Shown here: piece after piece, positions 29,355 through 38,994 of the stretch
Position numbering within the stretch: position 1 is the stretch's first letter
Layout: each line of letters opens with the position of its first letter
DNA from: the human T2T-CHM13v2.0 reference genome, Homo sapiens
Length of the DNA: 64,000 nucleotides
NCBI RefSeq assembly: GCF_009914755.1
Contig: NC_060928.1
Strand: one strand, 5' to 3'
Notes under the pieces: generated by a model
The model's database searches: none
The model's input: the letters and a program-made list of their open reading frames with translations, nothing else
Told to the model about the DNA's origin: nothing
Translations under genes and position numbers: made by a program

Positions 29355-30275
29355 CACATCTCAAAAAGATTTGAGCAGGTACTTCACAAAAGACGAAAAT
29401 CAAATTACCAAAAAACAAAAAATGGAAAGATGCTCTTCTTCATTAGTAATCAGCAAAATGCAAATTAATACTTTTATGAGTACAATTATGTATCTACCTG
29501 ATTAGCAAAATTTAAGAACTTGTAAATCAAGTGTTGGTGAGAATGCAGAGTTTCTCATATACTGCTGCTGGGAATGTAAATTGATGCAACTGATTGGGGA
29601 AAATATTTTGGAATTATTTAGTAAAATTAAAGGCGCACATACCCCAAAACTCAGCAGTTCCTTCCCTTGCTATTTATCCTAGAAAACGGTAAATATCAGA
29701 AACTATGAGAACTAATATATATAAACATAAAAATGATATTATATTTATATTTATACTAGCATTAAGTAAAATAGATTTAATCCAAATGTTCAACAACAAT
29801 AGACTAGATAAGTAAATATTGGCATATTGATACAATAGAATACTATACAACAATTTACATGAATAAACTACATGCATGAACATGAAAGAATCTCACAATG
29901 TTAGCAGAATAATCAGGTGATTGAGAGTATACATGCTGTAACTCCAAATACATGGAGCTGAAGCATAGGCAGAACTAAGATTCATAGCCTAGAGATGCAC
30001 AGATAGATGGAAAACCTACAAAGAAAAGCAAGGTAATGTGCATGACAAAAGGTGGGATAGTAGCTAGCGGTTACCTATGGTGGGGAAGGAAAAGTATGTG
30101 ATCTGAAAGGGACACATAGGGGTTTGCTGGGAGTCTATTACATCATGTTTGATTTACTTGATTTGTTTTATGTTGTTTGATTTGTTTACATGATGTTTGA
30201 TTTATAATTATTCTTTAACCAGTATTTGTTTTATACACTCTTCTATGCGTATGGTATATTTCACAATTAAAAAAT
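29355..30275 (+). mobile_element. Old L1M 3' fragment, flanked by a MIR (about 29145-29345) and an L2 (about 30280-30855)
   Basis: Degenerate L1 ORF2-end and 3'UTR motifs (cattagtaatcagcaaaatgcaaatt, caatagaatactatacaacaat). Confidence 0.7.
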
Positions 30276-32007
30276 AAACTGATTATGTCAATCTCCTATT
30301 TAAAATCTTTCAAAAGCTCTTCACTTTGAAACAAAATCCAAACTCCTTAATTTTGTCTAAGAGATCCTTCATGGCACATGTCTTGTATCCCTCTTCAACT
30401 TTATCTCTGCCACTACCATTTCTGCTTCAGCATAGTAAATGATACCTAGTATTCCCACACAATCATGCTCTCTCAGGCTTCTGGGTCTGTTAAAAAATGT
30501 TCCCACTGTGCACTGCATCCTCCCTTCCTCTGGCTATCCTTTCACTGTGCTTAATAGTCCACCAAAAGATCCCTTCCTCTGGGAAGTCTTCCTTGACTAA
30601 TCTCTACCACATCCGTGGTAGAGTCTCCTCTGATGCACTTCCTTTGGCACTCTAGACCTACCCATGTAATAGCACTTTGTAAGTGCCACACTCTTTAGAA
30701 CACAACTACCTCCATTAATAAGCACATTTTATTGTAAGTACCCCACTCTTTAGACTGAGGGCTCCTTTAAAGCAAGGACTGTCTTTTATCTGCCCCAAAA
30801 GCTAAACATTCTACCTACATCACAGATTCTCAATAAGAGTTTGATTAATGAATTAATATTCAGAATGGAGAGAACATGGTATGCTTTCTACATCACTGGG
30901 AGTAACACATAATATATTAGTTTCAACCATATAAAATTGCCCTTATTTTAGGTCAAAAATAGTTTGTTATTGGCAATTGCATAAAATTATTTATAACGCT
31001 CATTGAATACATGTTAATTAAGCACAGTATAGTGATGCTATTAGATCTGCTTTCTCAATATAATGGTAGATGGATTGTTTTTTATGAATTGTTTTATAAA
31101 TTCACTATATGAAATAACTCTAGGATTAATTTCATCAGTCTTCCGCAGTCATAGGCTGTGCATTAATTCACAGGGCAGCCTACCTATCTACAGTTATATA
31201 AGCCACTAGGCAAATGAAAGAAAGATATTGATCACTAGCTCAAAATAGCTTCTTTTGGAGTCTTATAAGCACCACAGTCATACTCTAGTTCTCAAAGATG
31301 TTATTTGACAGATTATAACTCGTTCATCTCTGCTGGAATCTATTGATTATTGACTTTGGTGACTATGAAGCATCAAGTATTTGATTTAAAAAGACATTCT
31401 ACCTGTGTGTGCTGATATTTTTATAAAGTAATAAGTTTTAAAGTCATTCCAACTAGGCAGAGCAACTGTATCTATTTTTAACATTGCTTTGTTAAGCAAA
31501 AGGATTTGTAGGCTAAAATGCCCATGAATTGAGTTTTATAAAACTGTGATTTCTCTTCTCTTATTTCAGAAGAGCTAAATTGTGTGTGTGTGTGTGTGTG
31601 TTCCTGAAAGAAAACCATAATTTAGCTCAGAACCAATTTTTCTACTAAAGGAGATGAATCTGTAAAATATAGTACAATGTTGCAAATAATAAAAGTCACT
31701 TAAAAATAATGGTACCCAACTGTTACTCTGCCACATGAAAATGTTAATTGCAGGTATCATCCATGGTGGTAGTATCATGGTGTTATATGCTGCACCCATG
31801 CACCTCAAGACTTTTCACTACTGTATGTGGTATTAGTAGTACCACACCAACTATTAAACTTCTGTTCTATTGATTTTCACTTCTGTAGTCGAAATTATTT
31901 GGAGCAGTATTTCTCCAGCTCCATGTACAAAACCATATGCAATATTTAAATTGGCTATATAGATCCTAGTTTTCATGCTAAGGAATATTTTTAAATTGGC
32001 AACTCAC

Positions 32008-32122
32008 CACAGCTTGTATGGTTTCTCATCTATAGGAAACGGGTCTAATTCAACAGTTTCTTGCATAAGTTGCCATAGTGAAGATCTGAGATGGGCCTGC
32101 TGTTGGTGTTTCTCACACTAGC
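32008..32122 (-). other. MAPK10: MAPK10 (JNK3) 115-nt non-coding 5'UTR exon
   Basis: Minus strand reads ggctttgctttcag|GCTAGTGTGAGAAACACCAACAGCAGG...CCATACAAGCTGTG|gtgagt, with canonical acceptor and donor. The exon matches, from memory, the MAPK10 mRNA leader just upstream of the exon carrying the MSLHFLYYC start, which lies outside the window. Confidence 0.9.
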
Positions 32123-33519
32123 CTGAAAGCAAAGCCAAAAAACAGATGAGTTTGATTTTAAGATTTAAATTTGTATTTAGAAAACCAAAAAGCTGACATC
32201 AAAGACAGTTGGTTACTGGGTGGGTGAGTGTAGGCAGAGGAAAGAAAATATCTCAAGGTAATTATCTCTATTCATCATTTATTGCAAGCACAAGAACTTT
32301 GATGTTATAATACCAGAACAACTATTTTAATATCTGAGCATAAACTAAATTAGTAATTCTTATTTCAGTTAATATAATTAGTCTTGTGATATGAATTTGG
32401 TTTTCTAATACAAGGCACCCCACTCATCCTCAACTGGGACAGCTCCACTATTACATAGATTTACATATTCTGCTTTTCATACAAGATTTCATTGGAACAA
32501 TGGTTACATAGGTACCAATAAAGGAGGAGAATTTTGAAAACCTCTGAAGTATGCAAAAGAAAGTAAACCTAAGCTGGAGCTCATCTGAAGAGACCTGTAT
32601 TTATGTTCTTCTAGTTACTAACCTACTTTTTCACCATTATAGCCTGTTACTTCCCAACATTATATTAGACAAGATTCTTCAGAATATGTGGCAGTCTGCA
32701 ACATTCTACCCAATGTCAAACCATAAGTTTTTATTTCTAGTTTGGAAAATATGGTCATCATACCCAAAATAGGCCTCCTCTTTACCCCAAGTAAGAGTTT
32801 CTTTCCTGCCCAGGTGCTCACAATTACTCCTAGGACTACCACCCTCTCACTATCCCACCACCTCACCCCAACACCCCAGTGTAGCCCCATTGTCACCTAC
32901 CATCACTTCAGAGGAGGTAAATTCCTTTCTCCTCTGAATTTCTATTGCACTCATTATCAAAACACTAATATGGGCCCTTGATTTTATACCATCTTTATTG
33001 TTATTTAGCCTCATCTTCCCAAATGAGTATAGGTTCCAAATGGCAGAAACTGTGTTACAGTTTCCCAATTTTTTCTACCATAGCACTTAGCAGAGAACTC
33101 AGTACATGAGAGATATTCATTCAATGAATATTTGGTGTGTCCCTATTGTGTGCCAAACAGAAAAAGTCAGTCCCTGATGGGGATTAAACCTTAGTAGAGA
33201 ATACAGGTAATAGAAGAATAGGCAATTACTATATTATATAAATGCTGTGCTGGAGCTTCCGCCTACAAACACTGAATAAACATTGCCAAATAAACAGACC
33301 TAACCTAAGAGCTTTCCTTCACTATCAATGCTTTCAGATCCTATTTCCAATGTATAAGAAGAGGACAATTGCTTTAAGCAATCCATTTTCAGAAAGCACA
33401 TAGGGCACCCAGGCAGGTTAACACAGACAAACAGGAGTCAGTTTTATTTCTATGAAGACAAGTCACTAAGATGAATTTCTAGAACTTTAAAGTCACTGCT
33501 GTTTTTGTTTTTGTTTTTC

Positions 33520-33553
<34 letters not shown>

Positions 33554-34312
33554 TACAAACACAAGGTAGTGAAAATCCTGTTTATTACTGTGCAGGTCAC
33601 TGCAAATGCCCAATTGCCTTATAGGGAAGCTTTGCCTTAAACCTGCACACCATGCAGGGTTTTAGAGCAGCTGTGGTTAGGGATGCTTCTCAGGAGACTG
33701 TATTCATTTCTTTTTCCATTGAAAACTTCAATTTCCATTCCTACTAGCATTATTTCCATAAGCCTCAAGGATTTTACATCTCATAGTCACCAGAGATAAG
33801 AACTGTAAGAAAAGCCATAGTGGCTTGATATGGATCCAAAACATCAAATAAACTAGAAAATCCTTTACCAGAAATAGTATATGTGTGAGGTCTACTTTTT
33901 AAACCTAAAATGTTTATATTTAGTGATTTTCAATATTACCTGATGTCTCCTCTTAAGAGTTTCTACCAAGATTCACAATAAGAAATACAGCTTCTCCCTA
34001 TTAAATACAGAAAACAAAAGATATGCAAAACACAGGTTTTGTATTTTCCCCTTCTTTGCCTTGATCGGTTCATGAGGATAAAATGTACTCAAACTGAAAA
34101 ATCTTGAGTCAAAACCTTACAACTTCACTCTGCAAACACGTACAGGTTTCTGAAAAGATGGGCTCCAATTCTAAGTTACATTTTTTAAACAATCAATATG
34201 CAGCATGATCTTTTTATCTGAATCAGCAGTACAGTGTCTCATCTCAGGCTTATGTAATGCAATAAATATATCCAATATGCCAAAGAAGCAAATGGATTCT
34301 GTTCTTCTTTAC

Positions 34313-34530
34313 CAGTAAGCATCTCCCCTACTAGTCTATAGGCCCAACTTTTTCCACAAGTCCTTGGTCCTCAGAAGAAGGTGCAATAATAGATGCATGT
34401 GTGGTAGGAGGAAGGCACTCAGCAGTCCTGCAGCAAATAGAGCATTGTACTCCATTCTTGTCACTACTGGACACTTCCGTGCCTCTTTCTGCATGATTGT
34501 TGCAATGTCCAACCAAAAGCTTAAAAGAGA
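34313..34530 (-). other. Predicted 218-nt alternative 5'UTR exon
   Basis: Acceptor ccctttctatttcctcttacag|TCT and donor CTG|gtaaag; contains a 52-aa ORF at 34336-34494. Confidence 0.4.
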
Positions 34531-35738
34531 CTGTAAGAGGAAATAGAAAGGGCAATGAAGAAAGAATTTAAGACAACAATGTGTTTGCTTCTCATTCTAA
34601 TTGAAGGAAGTCTCTCTTGCTTTGAGTCCTTTATTCTGATAAGCAACCAAGCAATCATTCGATTTGAACACACCAATTCCACTGAAAGTCCTTTGGCTAC
34701 AAATGTGACCTGAGGCCAGAACTAGAGCATGAAGGGAGAACATCTATCCCCATATTTAACAAACAAGTAAATACCCAATTTGTCTTTAGCTTTTAGTATC
34801 AGTATAAAAAGAATTTATAACTAGGCTTACATCCAAAGAAACAGATTCATTTACATGAAACCACAATAAAACCTTAAAAATATATTTATGCCTTTAAACA
34901 TGGGAGGTTTTTCTAGATTACTTAGGTTGGGCAAATTTGTTTTGCTTATGATGTTCCTGTAGGATATCCTAACAAGGAAAATCTTATTAATTTTCCTATA
35001 AATTTAAAATATCTACATTTTATAGCATTGACAATAAATTATCAGTTCATTCTAACCTTAGAATATATAGACCATGTACTATGAAACCATTAAATACTAA
35101 TAGCTGCAGACATACCAGACAATGACAGCAAAAACACACTCAGCCCCTCTGGGATCTGTTCATAAACATCCCCTTCCAGCATGGCAAACACACTCCTCTC
35201 AACAGCAGATGCTGTTCTGGGGCTAGCAGGCAGGAAGCTGGAGGCAGCTGATTTTCCCACTCTACATATAATTTCTTACTGCCTCACTATCCAGAATCGT
35301 TTTACTGAAACTGTGAGGATTTTTTAAGAACAGGAGCCCCTCAAATTAAAGACACTTTGCAACAGCAGAGGAATGACAGGCAAATGAGGAAGCATGAAGA
35401 CTCTCTAATATTTAAGGTCACACCACCTTTGTCATCTGATTTTCTAGTCCCATTGTAGGGGAGAGAAAACCCAGTTTGCTCCACATAAGAAAATAAGCTA
35501 ATCCAATACTTTATGTCAATTTTAAGAGTGTGATCAAGGTAGAGAAGGAAATACATACCAGAGGCAGCCAAACCGCTACATCCAAAGCATCCAGCCCCTA
35601 AAATCTAATGGTTCTGAAGTGGAGTCAGAAGCTTGTGATATACTTATATATTTATTTGTTATATATTTGTAACATATATGCTCACCTAAAGTAGAAAATT
35701 CACAGAAGCTTCTCTGAGAGAAATGGTCCTTACTGCAA

Positions 35739-36053
35739 CTATTTTAAATATGTTGATAAGCATTCTGTGTTATCTTCCAGGGTCCGACAACTAGCCGATG
35801 AGGGATAGAAGGAGATATTGGATGTTGTGCTGGCAATGCCTGGTGCACTTACACTCGTTTTCCTTCCACCTGAACTGTAGTCTATCCCATATGACTTAGC
35901 CTGCTTCCTTGCAGTTTGTTCATAAAAGTTATCATCAACATGGCCAGAAGCAGGCAGGGCTGCTGTACAGACACTGTCAGGCTCTGCACCAAAGGCAGCC
36001 CATGTAAACAACCTTGTGATTGCTTCAGAGCCTACTGCTGTGGCATAAGCCAT
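35739..36053 (-). CDS. Candidate 104-aa uORF/microprotein inside a predicted 360-nt cassette exon (35734-36093)
   Basis: ORF MAYATAVGSEAITR...STYLK with Kozak agaATGG. Flanked by acceptor tctctgcttttacccccttaaacag| and donor GCA|gtaagg. Not recognisably repeat-derived; no known homolog recognised. Confidence 0.25.
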   Translation of the reverse strand: MAYATAVGSEAITRLFTWAAFGAEPDSVCTAALPASGHVDDNFYEQTARKQAKSYGIDYSSGGRKTSVSAPGIASTTSNISFYPSSASCRTLEDNTECLSTYLK

Positions 36054-36425
36054 TCTTTTTCTGTGGCTAAATTGCAGTACCCTGGGAAGTTATCTGTTTA
36101 AGGGGGTAAAAGCAGAGACTAGGTCTCTAGATTTAAATGTTTGGGGAGGGTGAGAAAAATATATGGATAGATAGTTTTCTTGTAATATCTATAGCCTGAT
36201 TTACTTACAGATTTTCCAGTAAATTACATTTATTTTGTTGAAGGCACAAATACATAGATTCTAACAAATATACTGCCATACTTATTTCTGATTTTTTTTT
36301 CAAAAGAGCTCTGACATTTGCAGGGGACACAGTATCCCAGCACAGAATACCTGGGAATCTTGCCATGAAAAAAAGAAAGCTGACTGCTGTGACTAGGAGA
36401 TCACTTTCTTAAAGGGACCCCTTAC

Positions 36426-36518
36426 CTATTTGACTGCAGTGCCAATGTTTCCTCTTATCTCTAACCTGACCCCTGTTCTGTGTTCCTCTCCCCGGCTCAG
36501 ATTTAGCCTAGAGTTGCT
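36426..36518 (-). other. Predicted 93-nt alternative 5'UTR exon
   Basis: Acceptor gttactcttgcag|AGC and donor TAG|gtaagg. Confidence 0.3.
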
Positions 36519-36741
36519 CTGCAAGAGTAACGCCAATAGTTTTATATCTAATATATATATAAATACTGTTCCTTAGTAAAATACATCTTAAAATATTTAA
36601 ATTATACTTCTCACAAAAGTAAACATAAATACATACTAAAAGACATTATTTTTAATGTTTTATGGAACCCATCACATTTTTCAGATATGGAACTAAGGTC
36701 AGCACTTCTAACAAGCACAGCTGTTTGGTGTTTTTTTTTTC

Positions 36742-36807
<66 letters not shown>

Positions 36808-36818
36808 CTCTCTCTCTC
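36742..36818 (+). repeat. (CT)n(GT)n(CT)n compound microsatellite in MAPK10 intron
   Basis: About 11 CT units followed by about 21 GT units. Confidence 0.95.
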
Positions 36819-37131
36819 CCTTCCCTTCTGTAGCCCTGCATTGGTCTAAAAACCCCTGGTCACAATAAGAATGCTCCCTCCCTCCCTCTGCTACCCCTCA
36901 CTCCAAATGGAAAGGTTTCAACACGCCCAAGTCTGGAAAGAGATGTTCTGCACAGAGGGAAAAACTGGTAGCTTCTTGCTTCAAAGCTAGTTCACTTGAT
37001 TAACCTGCTTTCCACCCCACCTCTCTCGTCTCTTCCATACTCCCTCTCCCGCCCCACCAGGAGCAATCAATAGACATCACCCCACCCTCCAAAAACAGGT
37101 TAGAACCCAGAACGAGCAAAGAGCCACCTAC

Positions 37132-37540
37132 CATTCCGTGCCTGAGAACTACGATCCTGATCCGGCAGTGTTTGCCCCAGAAATCCTCCCTACTTGTTTT
37201 TCATTAACCACATTCCAGACTAACATGGAAGAGATTCTTTGGAGATATGGAGATTGTTTAAAATTAACGATGGACAGGTGATTTCCAAGAAAACCCAATC
37301 TTAAACTCACTCAAGCCCCTAGGAATTGAGGGGTGAGGACAAAAAAGGAAATTTGTAAAAATGAAAAAAGAAAAGAAAAAGGTAAGCATATAGCAAGCAC
37401 CACCCACCCCCATAAAAATAAAAAGTGAAGGGGAGGTTAAAGAAAATAGAAGAAGAGTGGCTTGCTGAATCACCCTCTTTCACTGCCTGGAAACCATTGT
37501 GCAGCGTGATGCTGCCTGTACCATTGTGGAACCTACCAGA
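37132..37540 (-). other. MAPK10: MAPK10 alternative first exon (5'UTR); 3' boundary exact, TSS approximate
   Basis: Donor GGCACGGAATG|gtaggt at 37132/37131, 5.0 kb upstream of the 115-nt exon. Unique sequence immediately downstream of an X-box/CRE cluster. The 5' end cannot be determined from sequence. Confidence 0.7.
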
Positions 37541-37569
37541 GGAGACGGACAGAGGGCTTGGGGAATGGG

Positions 37570-37583
37570 GTTGCTATGGCAAC
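37570..37583. promoter_or_regulatory. RFX X-box
   Basis: GTTGCTATGGCAAC, one base from the palindrome GTTGCCATGGCAAC, at the inferred promoter. Confidence 0.8.
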
Positions 37584-37598
37584 CGAAAGGAGCACACA

Positions 37599-37606
37599 TG
37601 ACGTCA
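37599..37606. promoter_or_regulatory. Full palindromic CRE (CREB/ATF/Jun site)
   Basis: TGACGTCA (context ATGACGTCA) 15 bp from the X-box; its CpG is retained in CpG-depleted surroundings. Confidence 0.75.
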
Positions 37607-38994
37607 AAGCCCAGAGAGGTCTAGGGAGGGGGATGAGGGGGAAACAGAAAGAGGAAGCGTCTATGTGCAGCTACAGCTACTGTGTTTTCCGGTGAAATGA
37701 GGACCAGGCAAATGTAAAGGAATAAGGTTCGTCGGCAGCCAACATCAGCAACTACGACATCAAGGCAGCCAGCCTGCACAACCTGAAGAAAAGATCCATT
37801 CGATGCAGTTCTGGCCCTTTGCACAGCAGCACGGAGGAGCAAATACCAGCAGAGCAAAACACCACTGGAAATGCAACCTCTGCTTTTCAACTATCTCTTG
37901 TAGTATCTCTAAACGTCAAACAAGTAAGAGATGGTAATAACCTCAGAGGAGAAGCAGGCATTTGAGTGTCGCCTGAACCCCGAGGTCATCTGCACAGCAC
38001 TATTCCTCTTCTCTGTTTCCTTGTTTTTGTAAAAATCCTGAATAAATATCCACTAAACCAAATTCAACAGACTAATACTTAGGTTGCAATCTGAGTGTAC
38101 AAAGAAAATACTGATTAATTTGAGTTAACACATCAGAATTCTTTTTTTTTTAATTGCAGATAATTTTCTAGAGAACTGATGAAAATTGTACTGTTACTAT
38201 TTGGGGCAAATATCGCAATTTTATTTCAGTAATTTGCTCTGCCTTTAACTGTTATAGGGTATTTTTAAAGTCTCCAAACAGTTTTACTATCCATAAATAA
38301 TAGTTTCTTAGAATGACAACAGTTGACTACTTGCACTATAAAAAAAAATTAGGTTTACCAAATTTGTTTTACCTTTTTTATGTAAGAAAAATTTTCAATA
38401 CAAATTTCGCTTAAACCAACTCCAGCCTTTGGACTTCTCAAATTACGTAATCTAATTCAATTCCTTTTTTGCTTACACTCTTTTGAGGTGGGTTTCTGTT
38501 TATTGCTACCAAGTAGTGCTGAGTTGTAAATGATTCCACATTATGTTTTAGAACTAGCATACTTATATGAATATGAAGCTTCTTCCATATGTTACCAGAA
38601 AGATACAACATGCAAGAGATGCAAACTCAGCAGTACTGTAGACACTGAAACACATCATAAAGCTGTAAGAAACGCATACGTTTTTGTTGTCTTTGTTGTT
38701 GCTGCTGTTGTTTTATTTGGGGAGAAAATTTAGAAAAAGGAAGGCTTGAGTGAGTTGTATGTCATTGTAGTTCATTGGATAAGTGTTTGGATGTCCCTTT
38801 ACTCTAATTTCAATTTCAACAAGAATCAATCAAGACTATCTTCTAGTCTTCTCAATGGGCCTACCTGCAAGATAACTACCTCATGCAAAAATATGGATTG
38901 ATAGCCAAACAACTTTATAACACAAAATAATTGGCATTCTGGCTTTTGAGGTATTATATACTAAGTTTGGACATCAAAAGTCAGTTCCCCAATC

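Noticed and set aside
37820-37842. RE1/NRSE-like sequence cacagcagcacggagg near the promoter
   Set aside because: Too many mismatches to TTCAGCACCACGGACAG in both half-sites.
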